From an uncultured Gammaproteobacteria bacterium (GTDB lineage: Bacteria; Patescibacteriota; Patescibacteriia; Magasanikbacterales; GWA2-37-8): DNA of 64,000 nt. The stretch is from NCBI GenBank assembly GCA_964641245.1, contig CAZXML010000001.1:229460-293459 (forward strand). Reading direction: 5' to 3'. The notes under the pieces were generated by a model. It was not told the DNA's origin. It made no database searches and saw only the letters and a program-made list of their open reading frames with translations. Below, piece by piece: positions 1-10,440 of this stretch. Numbering within the stretch: the first letter of the stretch is position 1; every line of letters begins with the position of its first letter. The position numbers and the translations under genes are program-made.

Positions 1-1474
1 TGCGGGTGGGCGGAACATTTTTAATTTCTGTTTTTAATACCTCAAATGGCAGTAAACCTTTGTAAACATAACCAACTTCTCCTTCGGCGCAGGAAACAGT
101 AACTTCTTCTCCGTTGGAAATAACCTGGCGGGCTTTGGCGGCGCCCACAATGCAAGGCGTGCCCAGTTCCCGGCTAACAATGGCCGCATGCGAGGTTTTT
201 CCGCCTTGCTCGGTAACGATGGCGCTGGCCATGCGCATAATTGGCTCCCAATCCGGATCGGTAATGCGGGTTATTAGAACCTCACCAGGCTTGAATTGCT
301 TCATTTGCTTGGGCGAACTTATAACTCTGGCCCGTCCCTGGCCGATTTTTTGACCAACACTGGTACCGGTGAGCAAAACCTTGCCTTTTTGTTTTTGTTT
401 TAAATGGTATTGTTCTATTACATTTACTTTAACCCGGGAACGCACGGTTTCGGATCTGGCTTGCACAATAAATAACTTCCCGGTAACGCCGTCTTTGGCC
501 CATTCCATATCCATAGGGTGGCCATAATGTTCTTCTATGATTACGCCCCACTTGGCCAATTGCAAAACTTCGTCATCGGTTAGACAATACTTTTTTTGAT
601 CCGGCATTTTTACTTTTTCCTGTTTTGTTCCACCTGTTACCACCGCCGAGGCGGGGTGCCGCTTCATAGCGGCATAAACTAATTTTACTTCCTTACTTCC
701 CAAACGCCTGCTGATGATAGATTTAAAACCATTTTTTAGGCCATCTTTGAAAATATAAAATTGATCCGGAATAACCTGGCCCTTTACAACATATTCGCCC
801 AAACCATAAGCGGCATTTATTAAAACTACACCCTTAAAACCGGATTCGGTGTCTAGAGTAAACATTACCCCGCTGGCTCCAACATCGGAACGAACCATTT
901 CTTGCACGCCCACAGATAAAGCAATGGCCGTGTGTTCGTAGCCTTTGTCTTCGCGGTAGGAAATTGCGCGGTCGGTAAATAACGACGCGATACATTTTTT
1001 ACAGGCGAGCATCAATTCTTCTTCGCCACGAACATTTAAATATGTTTCCTGCTGACCGGCAAAACTGGCATCCGGTAAATCTTCAGCGGTAGCGCTACTG
1101 CGTACGGCAACGTCTACATTATGCTTTTTAGATGTTTTACAAAGTTGTTTATAAGAATTTCTGATTTCTTTTTCTATGTCTTTGGGAAAGGTGGCGGCCA
1201 AAATCATTTTTCGCACTTTATCGCCCACTCTTTTTAATTCGTTGATATCTTTCTTATTCAAACCTTTTAATGTTTCCTTAATTTTTTTATCCAATTTATT
1301 GGCGCGCAAAAAAGACCAGTACACATCGGCAGTTAACGCAAAGCCGTTTGGTACAGGCACTCCTTTAGATTTTAATTTAGCGTACATTTCTCCCAATGAA
1401 GCGTTTTTTCCGCCAACGGAAGGGATGTCTTTGATGGTGAGGTCTTTGAACCAAGAGATGTAATTGGGACTCAT
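1..1474 (-). CDS. ppsA: Phosphoenolpyruvate synthase (PEP-utilising enzyme), 3'-truncated by the window edge; N-terminal ~491 aa present.
   Basis: Minus-strand translation from the ATG at 1474 gives MSPNYISWFKDLTIKDIPSVGGKNASLGEMY, which matches the PpsA N-terminus. Downstream motifs SVGVQEMVRSD and TEQGGKTSHAAIVSRELGTPCIVG (phosphohistidine domain) are present. No stop is reached before the window edge, which is why the ORF track omits it. Confidence 0.85.
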   Translation of the reverse strand, partial: MSPNYISWFKDLTIKDIPSVGGKNASLGEMYAKLKSKGVPVPNGFALTADVYWSFLRANKLDKKIKETLKGLNKKDINELKRVGDKVRKMILAATFPKDIEKEIRNSYKQLCKTSKKHNVDVAVRSSATAEDLPDASFAGQQETYLNVRGEEELMLACKKCIASLFTDRAISYREDKGYEHTAIALSVGVQEMVRSDVGASGVMFTLDTESGFKGVVLINAAYGLGEYVVKGQVIPDQFYIFKDGLKNGFKSIISRRLGSKEVKLVYAAMKRHPASAVVTGGTKQEKVKMPDQKKYCLTDDEVLQLAKWGVIIEEHYGHPMDMEWAKDGVTGKLFIVQARSETVRSRVKVNVIEQYHLKQKQKGKVLLTGTSVGQKIGQGRARVISSPKQMKQFKPGEVLITRITDPDWEPIMRMASAIVTEQGGKTSHAAIVSRELGTPCIVGAAKARQVISNGEEVTVSCAEGEVGYVYKGLLPFEVLKTEIKNVPPTR

Positions 1475-1489
1475 AGTGCGATAATTATA

Positions 1490-3580
<2,091 letters not shown>

Positions 3581-3589
3581 TTATTCTGG

Positions 3590-3751
3590 TTTGTCATTGC
3601 GACCCGTCAAGCGGGGAAGCAATCCTATCCACAGCTCACTCACTCTCTCCCCTACAAGGGGAGAGATAAAGAGAGGGGTTTATCGTTAAAATGTTAGCTT
3701 AACAACAACCAAAACCCCCTCTACTGTTCTCCCCCTTATAGGGGGAGAAAC
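3590..3751. repeat. Composite of repeat-element fragments (family B end, GC-hairpin fragment, two family C GGGGAGAG hairpins).
   Basis: The region contains tgtcattgcgac...gcaatcc and caagcggggaa. It also contains ctctctcccctacaaggggagag...gaggggtttatcg and cccctctactgttctcccccttatagggggagaaacc, which match pieces found at 36272, 32251 and 47041. Confidence 0.6.
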
Positions 3752-4540
3752 CTACTTCAAAAAACCTATATACCATTGTAAAATCCGCTCTCCCCACAAC
3801 ATAGCTACAAACGTACCAAGCGCGAGGTACGTTCCAAACGGAATGGCGCTGGAAAGATGCTTTTTGCGGGATGCCAGGAGTAATAAGCCGACAAAAGCTC
3901 CGACTACATACGCGATAAATAAAGCCACCAGCGTTACCGGCCAGCCCAACCAAATGCCCATCATGACACCAAGTCTAACATCTCCTCCTCCTATCCATTT
4001 TCCGCTGGAAATGACGTATTGTAAAAAGAAAAATCCTCCGGCGATTAGCGCGCCGATTAGCATTGATAACAAGCTATGTCCCAAGAAAATATTAAAAAAT
4101 AATCCGGCCAGAGCGCCAAACCAAATTACCTGGGGTAAAATTTCCTGATACAAATAATCGTAGATAAAAATTACAATGAGCAAGGATACAAAGGTAAAAT
4201 CCCGCAAAAAAAGCGCAGGCTCAACTGCCCCGCTGTTTAAATTTTTCCAGGCCACAAGCACAAAAATTAAGGCCGTGCCAAACTCTACAAAAGAAAAGTG
4301 TTTGGGAATTGCCGCTTTACATGTTCGGCATTTCCCCCATAACACTAAATAACTCAAAACCGGAATATTTTCGTACCAGGTAAGCTGACGCCGGCAGGCG
4401 GGGCACATACTGCGGCCGTTAACAATTTTAAAATTTTCGTGAGCGCGCCAAATCCAGGAGTTTAAAAAACTGCCCAGCGCGAGGCCGAGGAAAAAAATTA
4501 TAAAGTAAAAAAATTGCCCGATATCGTCCAAGTAATTCAT
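3752..4540 (-). CDS. pilD: Type IV prepilin peptidase (A24 family, PilD-like).
   Basis: 262 aa polytopic membrane protein with an N-terminal CPxC...CxxC zinc motif (MCPACRR...CRTC) and a conserved A24 layout. It lies adjacent to the pilin gene. Confidence 0.8.
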   Translation of the reverse strand: MNYLDDIGQFFYFIIFFLGLALGSFLNSWIWRAHENFKIVNGRSMCPACRRQLTWYENIPVLSYLVLWGKCRTCKAAIPKHFSFVEFGTALIFVLVAWKNLNSGAVEPALFLRDFTFVSLLIVIFIYDYLYQEILPQVIWFGALAGLFFNIFLGHSLLSMLIGALIAGGFFFLQYVISSGKWIGGGDVRLGVMMGIWLGWPVTLVALFIAYVVGAFVGLLLLASRKKHLSSAIPFGTYLALGTFVAMLWGERILQWYIGFLK

Positions 4541-4571
4541 ACGGACTAATTATATCATAATCAATAAAATC

Positions 4572-4604
4572 CACAACAAAAAACCCATCTTGCGAAGGGT
4601 TTTT
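4572..4604 (-). terminator. Intrinsic terminator downstream of the pilin gene.
   Basis: On the minus strand the hairpin aaacccttcgcaagatgggttt is followed by a T-run, directly after the pilin stop. Confidence 0.55.
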
Positions 4605-4624
4605 TGTTTTAAACTAAGTTTAAA

Positions 4625-5065
4625 CTATTGTTGAGCTATACCGGATGGGCTAAGGGAAATTCCTCCGCTCAATCCGTTAACTGTTGTTTCTAAGTTAGCA
4701 GTTACGATGTAAGAACTGGAAGTTGCTAATGTGTAAACGTAAGATTGGGTTGCTAAAGGATCTGACGGGACTTGACCCATATACGGGCTGCCACATCCGA
4801 CGGTTGTAAAGCCAGAAGCGTTTAAACAAGCTTGGCCAGTGGCTCCCAATGTGACGCCAGCACCTGCCGGGTAGGCAGTTTGATCAGTATAGTAAAGTTC
4901 CAAAGCGGTTTGTAATTGTTTTAAGTCGGACAAACGGCGCGCATCGCGGGCTTTTTGTCTGGCGTTTCCTAAGGCTACTACAGCTAAGGTTGATAATAAA
5001 CCAATAATAGCTATAACCACCAACAATTCAATCAAAGTGAAACCTTTCTTGTTCATGTTTTTCAT
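4625..5065 (-). CDS. Type IV pilin (prepilin with class III signal peptide).
   Basis: N-terminus [32 protein letters not shown] is a canonical G|FTLIELLVV prepilin cleavage and hydrophobic segment. A GGAGGGGG RBS lies upstream. Confidence 0.85.
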   Translation of the reverse strand: MKNMNKKGFTLIELLVVIAIIGLLSTLAVVALGNARQKARDARRLSDLKQLQTALELYYTDQTAYPAGAGVTLGATGQACLNASGFTTVGCGSPYMGQVPSDPLATQSYVYTLATSSSYIVTANLETTVNGLSGGISLSPSGIAQQ

Positions 5066-5152
5066 AGTTTCACCCCCTCTCCATAATTAATTCTGACATC
5101 ATTTTGCATACTTGGATTACATTAGACACGTCGCCATCATTTCATCACTGTG

Positions 5153-5236
5153 GAGTATTAAGTATTAGGTAGTAAGTATTATGCGACAATTTCGACTTGT
5201 ACGCTTAATACATAATACTTGATACTTAATACTAAA
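5153..5236. repeat. Family D element: inverted arrays of the heptamers (AAGTATT)n ... (AATACTT)n.
   Basis: Sequence gagtattaagtattaggtagtaagtatt...cttaatacataatacttgatacttaatact. Near-identical elements lie at 20182-20270 and 50955-51031. Confidence 0.7.
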
Positions 5237-5263
5237 ATTGCGTTTCTATTATATCACATTAAA

Positions 5264-5662
5264 CTATTTTTTATGCAAGACCGCCCGAACTTTATCCACA
5301 ACCTCTGATGGTTTAAAGTGGGTTTTTAGTAAATAACCGGCGGCGCCTTCGTCCAACCCGCGCTTAACATCATCTTTTTGGCCAAGGTTAGTAAGTAAAA
5401 TTATAGGGATATTTTTTATGGATGCGTCCGCCTTGACCGCTTCTAAAACCGCAAATCCGTCTAATTTTGGCAAGAGAATATCCAGCAAAACGATATCGGG
5501 CCTCTTTTTTTTGATATCGCTCAACCCCTTTTCACCATTATTGGCCATACTTACTTTAAACCCCTCCATTTCAAATTTTTTCTGATAAATTTCCGCCAGG
5601 AAAACGTCGTCTTCCACAATTAAAACATGGGATTGATTGTCTGACATAATTAAAATTAGCAA
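5264..5662 (-). CDS. Stand-alone response-regulator receiver (CheY-like REC) protein.
   Basis: 132 aa with the acidic pocket (VEDD...DIVLLDILLP), conserved T/S (LLTN) and K (GAAGYLLK) of REC domains. It sits inside the pilus gene cluster (PilH-like position). Confidence 0.75.
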   Translation of the reverse strand: MLILIMSDNQSHVLIVEDDVFLAEIYQKKFEMEGFKVSMANNGEKGLSDIKKKRPDIVLLDILLPKLDGFAVLEAVKADASIKNIPIILLTNLGQKDDVKRGLDEGAAGYLLKTHFKPSEVVDKVRAVLHKK

Positions 5663-5712
5663 TTAACAATTAGCAATTAACAATTGTTGGTTGTTAATTG
5701 TTTTTTGTTCAT
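5663..5712. repeat. Family F hairpin element (caattaacaattg palindrome plus ttgttaattgttttttgtt).
   Basis: Tandem agcaattaacaatt units form a CAATTAACAA/TTGTTAATTG stem followed by T-runs. The same motif lies at 26402-26470. Confidence 0.55.
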
Positions 5713-5715
5713 TAT

Positions 5716-6867
5716 TTAAACAATATTCCGTAACGCCAAACCAATGGCCACGGACATGCGCGGCCCTATTTGGCGCAAAATCGGTTTCAACCCCTCCTGA
5801 TATACGACTCTGGCCCAAGAATCTCCTACATATGTTTTAATTTTAAATTTTTCTTGAATATACTTTGCCAGAAACGGCATCAAGGCCATTCCGCCGGTTA
5901 AAATAATTTTTTCGGGGCGCTTGCCTTCATTGCCGGTTTGACGCAAATATAATTCCAAACTGACTTCTACCTCCTTCATTATAGGATCTACCACCGGCAT
6001 TAAAATGTCCAGCCATTTTTGTTCGGTTAATATATTATTACTGGTCGCGGCCAGATAGTCAAATAAATCATGCTTAGCCTGCTCAACTAGATCGCGTTCA
6101 ACCCCTAAAATATTTTGTAAAACCTTGTCTATTTTATCGCCACCCGATTCTATGCTTTGATGAGTAATTGGCATGCCCTGGTCTATTATAAAAAAGTTTG
6201 TGCGTTCGGAACCGATGTCTATTATCATAGATAACGCCTGATCCCTGCCAACCAAACATCGAGACAAGGCCGTTGATTCGGGTTCCAACGCCTCTAAAGA
6301 CAATCCGGCGCGCTGGAAAATTTTGGAATAAAATTCTATGAGTTTATGCGGTACGGCATTTACCAAAACCCGCTGTGATTTATCTTCGGGCAAACCTTTT
6401 AACACCTGATAATCCAAGGCCATTTCTTCTAAAGGCATGGGCAATAATTTTTTTACTTCCGCTTTAACAATATGATCTAGTTCTTCTTTCTTTAATATAG
6501 GAAGCGTAACCACCGCGTGAAAAACAGATGAAACCGGCAGGCTGACAACCGCAGTTTTGGATATTATTCGAGACGATTTGCAAATCGCCTTAAGAGTGTT
6601 CGCGTATTTTTCTATTTGCGCCTCGTTGTCACCCTCCCCTTTTAGGGGAGGGACAGAGGGTGGGGTATTCGCGGAGTTTTGTTTCTCTAAAAGACCGGCG
6701 ATATTTTTTTCTTCATTGGCCGCAAGTTTATGGATATCCTGTTTGCCGGATGTTAAACCGTACGAAAACAAAACCGGCCTGTTTTTTTCCAGGCGTAATT
6801 CTACTAATTTTATTCCCCCGGACCCGATGTCTACTCCGAGAAAGGATTTTGGTTTATTCCAAAACAT
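5716..6867 (-). CDS. pilM: Type IV pilus assembly ATPase-fold protein PilM.
   Basis: N-terminus FLGVDIGSGGIKLVELR has an actin-like/PilM fold with acetate-kinase-like phosphate loops. It contains an in-frame ~45 nt repeat-derived insertion (NTPPSVPPLKGEGD). Confidence 0.75.
   Translation of the reverse strand: MFWNKPKSFLGVDIGSGGIKLVELRLEKNRPVLFSYGLTSGKQDIHKLAANEEKNIAGLLEKQNSANTPPSVPPLKGEGDNEAQIEKYANTLKAICKSSRIISKTAVVSLPVSSVFHAVVTLPILKKEELDHIVKAEVKKLLPMPLEEMALDYQVLKGLPEDKSQRVLVNAVPHKLIEFYSKIFQRAGLSLEALEPESTALSRCLVGRDQALSMIIDIGSERTNFFIIDQGMPITHQSIESGGDKIDKVLQNILGVERDLVEQAKHDLFDYLAATSNNILTEQKWLDILMPVVDPIMKEVEVSLELYLRQTGNEGKRPEKIILTGGMALMPFLAKYIQEKFKIKTYVGDSWARVVYQEGLKPILRQIGPRMSVAIGLALRNIV
6628..6675. 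repeat. Family C (GGGGAGRG hairpin) element copy lying in-frame inside pilM.
   Basis: ccctccccttttaggggagggacagagggtggggtattcgcgg aligns with 47050 (ctctccccttttaggggagagacagagagaggggtatcgcgg). Confidence 0.65.
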
Positions 6868-7009
6868 AGTAACCTTAATTTCTAATAAGTTAAGTATACC
6901 ATATATGGGACTATTTGATAACTGGGGATAAATGATGTAAACTAAAGAAATAATGAAATTAGAAAATAAAGAAATTTCTTAATTTCGCAATTTCTCAATT
7001 TCCGTTTCT

Positions 7010-8389
7010 ATGAAACTATACAATACATTATCCAGAAAAATAGACGACTTTAAGGAAATAAAACGTGGAAAAGTAGGTATCTACGCTTGCGGACCAACTG
7101 TTTATAATTTCGCGCATATTGGCAATCTGCGGACTTTTCTTTTTGAAGATATTTTGAAAAGGACACTTCTATATAATGGGTACGCTGTGAACCTGGTAAT
7201 GAATATTACCGACGTTGGCCATTTAACCGGCGACGGCGATGAAGGTGAGGACAAAGTGGCTAAGAGCGCGGAGCTTATGGGAAAAAGCGCGTTACAAATT
7301 TCTAAGTTTTATACGCTGGCGTTTAGAAAAGATTTAAAAAAACTGAACATTCTGACACCAAATAAACTGCCCAAGGCCACAAGCAACATAAAAGAACAAA
7401 TTGCTTTAATAAAAAAATTGGAAACAAAAGGCTTCACTTATAAAACAAAAGACGGAATTTATTTTGATACATCCAAATTACCGGATTACGGAAAACTGGC
7501 GCAACTGGCCAAACAGGAATTAAAAGCCGGGGCCAGAGTAAGTATGGGAGAGAAAAAAAATACGACAGACTTTGCGTTGTGGAAATTCTCAACCGGAACG
7601 GAAAAACGCCAGATGGAATGGAAAAGTCCGTGGGGTGTTGGTTTTCCGGGCTGGCATATAGAATGTTCGGCCATGTCCGTAAAATATTTGGGCCAGCCGT
7701 TTGATATTCATTGCGGCGGCATAGATCTGGTACCTGTGCATCACACCAACGAAATCGCGCAAAGCGAAGCTGCCGAAGGCAAACCGTTAGCTAATTATTG
7801 GTTGCATGGCGAATTCGTGTTGATGGGTGAAGATAAAATGGCTAAATCCACCAACAACTTTATAACTTTACAAACTTTAAAAACTAAGAACTTCTCCCCC
7901 CTCGCCTATCGCTACTTATTACTGCAAACTCATTACCGGAAACAGTTGGCATTTTCTTGGGACGCTTTACAAGCCGCTCAAAATGGTTTGAATCATTTGT
8001 ATAATATAGTACGGACATGGGATAAATCCGGACCAAGTTGTACCGATTATGAAAAAAAGTTTTTGGAGGCCATAAATAATGACTTGGATATGCCCGCGGC
8101 CACAGCTATTATGTGGGAATTAATTAAAGACCCAATGTACCCGGGTTCCGCCAAAAGAAAAACAATTTTAAAGTTTGACAAAGTGCTCGGACTCGGTTTA
8201 AGTAAACTGAAAAAACAAAAAATTTCTGTCCCTGCGGAAATCCTGGCTCTGGTAGCCGGAAGAGACGGCGCCCGTTTTTCCAAAAACTGGGCAAAAAGCG
8301 ATGAGCTAAGAAAAAAAATAGAATCGGCCGGTTATTCGGTTGAGGATACGCCGGAGGGGTCAAAAATTACACCCATTTCTTCAATATAA
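7010..8389 (+). CDS. cysS: Cysteinyl-tRNA synthetase.
   Basis: 459 aa. [16 protein letters not shown] (HIGH motif) and KMAKS (KMSKS) are present. Confidence 0.95.
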   Translation: MKLYNTLSRKIDDFKEIKRGKVGIYACGPTVYNFAHIGNLRTFLFEDILKRTLLYNGYAVNLVMNITDVGHLTGDGDEGEDKVAKSAELMGKSALQISKFYTLAFRKDLKKLNILTPNKLPKATSNIKEQIALIKKLETKGFTYKTKDGIYFDTSKLPDYGKLAQLAKQELKAGARVSMGEKKNTTDFALWKFSTGTEKRQMEWKSPWGVGFPGWHIECSAMSVKYLGQPFDIHCGGIDLVPVHHTNEIAQSEAAEGKPLANYWLHGEFVLMGEDKMAKSTNNFITLQTLKTKNFSPLAYRYLLLQTHYRKQLAFSWDALQAAQNGLNHLYNIVRTWDKSGPSCTDYEKKFLEAINNDLDMPAATAIMWELIKDPMYPGSAKRKTILKFDKVLGLGLSKLKKQKISVPAEILALVAGRDGARFSKNWAKSDELRKKIESAGYSVEDTPEGSKITPISSI

Positions 8390-8402
8390 AAAGATAAAAC
8401 AA

Positions 8403-8432
8403 AAACAGCCTTTGAAAAAGCTGTTTTTGTAT
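8403..8432 (+). terminator. Intrinsic terminator after cysS.
   Basis: Hairpin aaacagcctttgaaaaagctgttt followed by ttgtatt. Confidence 0.6.
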
Positions 8433-8531
8433 TGCCCCGTCGAAATTTCCTTGTGGAAATTCTTTGGGGCGAGTTGAACCGGAACGTGGTTACGTTACCG
8501 GGCGTTTTTGACGGGAAAGAGCGGGGTTGTG

Positions 8532-9074
8532 TTACTTTCCGGGCAACACCTCGGGCGCGTCATCGTCCTTCAACTTGAAGGGCGCCACGATGATCCGCGG
8601 CTCGACGTAGACTGACTTGACGTCCTTGCCGTTGGGATCCTTGCAGAGCACCCACGTTCCTTCCGCCGAAGCCGGTGAGAACAGGCCGTTGGGGTCCGCT
8701 TGCGCAATGACCTGATACGTATACCCATTTCGCCCGCTTTGGTTCTCGTACACGATCTTCTGCGGATTGGTGAACTGCGTGGCGTACGGGATGCCGTACC
8801 CAACAGAGTTGCAGAAGAACATTGCCTTCCCGGTCATCTCGTTGTACAGGTAGGTGTAGGTGACCAGACCATCCTGATCACGCAACTCCATGATGTCCTT
8901 CAGGATCTTCCGCTCGCGGAAGTTGTGGATGGCCGGCATGCCCACTTGGGCGGTTGCCTCGGCCAGCATTGTCTCCTGCTGTTGCTGCTGCACACTGTCA
9001 GAAGACTTGCCTCTGTCGGTGCACGAGCCCAGCAGAACAACCGTCGCAATCAGAACCACCGTTGTCGTCTTCAT
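8532..9074 (-). CDS. Putative lipoprotein encoded in the GC-rich foreign islet.
   Basis: The internal start MKTTTVVLIATVVLLGSC gives a signal peptide plus lipobox (LLGSC), preceded by a GGAG RBS. GC is ~58% versus ~42% in the flanks. The longer upstream extension in the ORF track is a probable GC-rich artefact. Confidence 0.5.
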   Translation of the reverse strand: MKTTTVVLIATVVLLGSCTDRGKSSDSVQQQQQETMLAEATAQVGMPAIHNFRERKILKDIMELRDQDGLVTYTYLYNEMTGKAMFFCNSVGYGIPYATQFTNPQKIVYENQSGRNGYTYQVIAQADPNGLFSPASAEGTWVLCKDPNGKDVKSVYVEPRIIVAPFKLKDDDAPEVLPGK

Positions 9075-9111
9075 GGCTTTTCTCCGTTTTCCTGCGTTGG
9101 GGGTTGAAGAG

Positions 9112-9492
9112 CTAGTACTTCTGACCGAGCCGTTCCTGCTTGAGCTGGTGGACGAACGCCCGCAAATCCGCGGGCATCTTCTCCTCCGGGTAGTCCGCGG
9201 CGCGATGCAGGATGATGGACGCAAGCGCATCCTTCTCCTCCTGAGACTTGGCCTGCACGTACTGGAACTGCATGTTCTGCAATTCCTGGATCATGCCCTG
9301 GTTGTAAGCCTTGGACTCCTCGAAGGTCTGCCGGCGCACCTTCTCGTACTTCGGCGCGAACGCCTTGTACAGAAAGAAGTCACTGCCTTGGACCAGCCAC
9401 ACGGATGCCAGCGCCAGAACCAGCACGCCGAGCACGCTCGCCACAGCCACCTTCACTCCCGACACGTCGGAACTTGTCACTTCAGGTCGCAT
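9112..9492 (-). CDS. Small membrane protein (hypothetical) in the GC-rich islet.
   Basis: The start MRPEVTSSDVSGVKVAVASVLGVLVLALASVWLV (single TM) has a GGAGG RBS 7 nt upstream. The GC-rich codon usage is shared with the neighbouring lipoprotein gene. Confidence 0.4.
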   Translation of the reverse strand: MRPEVTSSDVSGVKVAVASVLGVLVLALASVWLVQGSDFFLYKAFAPKYEKVRRQTFEESKAYNQGMIQELQNMQFQYVQAKSQEEKDALASIILHRAADYPEEKMPADLRAFVHQLKQERLGQKY

Positions 9493-9640
9493 TTGACACC
9501 TCCGAAAAAATCCACCACGAATCCTCCGTGGCCAAGGTTGGGCAAAATACCCAATGCATAATTGTAGCATTATAAATGTAATTTGTCAACCTTTTACAAA
9601 AGGCTATTTTGGCGTATATTACGCGTAGAATGGAGGACAA

Positions 9641-9794
9641 AATGGGCTTCAACAAGAAGCATTGGTTGTTTCATTTGGCGGCGATTAGGGCTGTTCTTTA
9701 CCTGGCTCCGGCCAATTGCGGCCACGCCAGGGTGGATAAAAAGGCTCTACCTATAGCGGACGTTGCCACGACGAGTCGTGGCTTTTTTATTTAA
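9641..9794 (+). CDS. Small hypothetical ORF (50 aa) with its own promoter-like and terminator-like signals.
   Basis: ttgtca...tatatt precedes a GGAGGA RBS and the ATG. The C-terminus overlaps a hairpin (ccacgacgagtcgtgg) followed by a T-run. Confidence 0.25.
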
Positions 9795-9842
9795 AAAAAA
9801 AGCCCTCATGCGTTCGCGGCTTTAGCGTGACCGTTCGAGGGC
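9793..9842 (-). terminator. Candidate intrinsic terminator for the 9864-10412 gene.
   Basis: On the minus strand, gccctcgaacgg...gcatgagggc is followed by a 9-nt T-run. Confidence 0.45.
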
Positions 9843-9863
9843 GACAGAATTCCTGCTGATTTA

Positions 9864-10412
9864 TTATTTTCCGTGCTCGGGCAACGCCTTCGTTTCTCCG
9901 GCTGTTGCAGTCATCTGAAGAGAAATACCGAAAATTCTCTCGGTTGATTCCGCCATTATTCGGACACAACTTTCGAACTCATCACCATCTATTTCACGAT
10001 AAGCCAGATTACAACGCAATGAATTAAGCTTATCCATCCAAATCCTGAACGGTTGGTTTCGCGCCTCAACTAAAGCAATTTGTTGCTTATGCTCCAACTG
10101 CTTGATTTTGAGCGCTTCCTTACCTTGCATCTGACTGGCAATCACCTCGACTAGCGGCTTCAATGCCTCAATAGCCGCCGGCTGACCATCAATTAAGCTG
10201 TCGGTCATAATCTCGCGAATCTTGTCATACCGCTGGGCGTCAATTGCCAGTTGAGACTGCTTTTCAGCCTCGATGACCTTGAGTTCTCGCCGGCCGTCAA
10301 GAATCTTAATACCAAAGACAAGTCCCAACAGACCCGCAATTCCCATCCCGATTAGGATCACCATTGTATTCCTCCTTGGGCCGACTATAACAAAAAACAA
10401 CCATTTTGTCAA
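9864..10412 (-). CDS. Hypothetical membrane-anchored coiled-coil protein.
   Basis: An N-terminal TM (ILIGMGIAGLLGLVFGI) is followed by a helical region. No recognisable family. Confidence 0.4.
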   Translation of the reverse strand: MTKWLFFVIVGPRRNTMVILIGMGIAGLLGLVFGIKILDGRRELKVIEAEKQSQLAIDAQRYDKIREIMTDSLIDGQPAAIEALKPLVEVIASQMQGKEALKIKQLEHKQQIALVEARNQPFRIWMDKLNSLRCNLAYREIDGDEFESCVRIMAESTERIFGISLQMTATAGETKALPEHGK

Positions 10413-10440
10413 TGGCTATGTGCGGGGAAAAAAATAATTC

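Noticed and set aside
114-1463. Plus-strand ORFs 114-353 and 1176-1463.
   Set aside because: They lie antisense to the clearly recognisable ppsA coding sequence (partial minus-strand gene 1-1474). They have no RBS or domain signal.
8570-9561. Long overlapping ORFs in all frames (8570-8803, 8700-9107, 8890-9561) and the N-terminal extension of 8532-9230.
   Set aside because: High-GC DNA lacks stop codons in non-coding frames. Only the frames with RBS plus signal-peptide features were kept.
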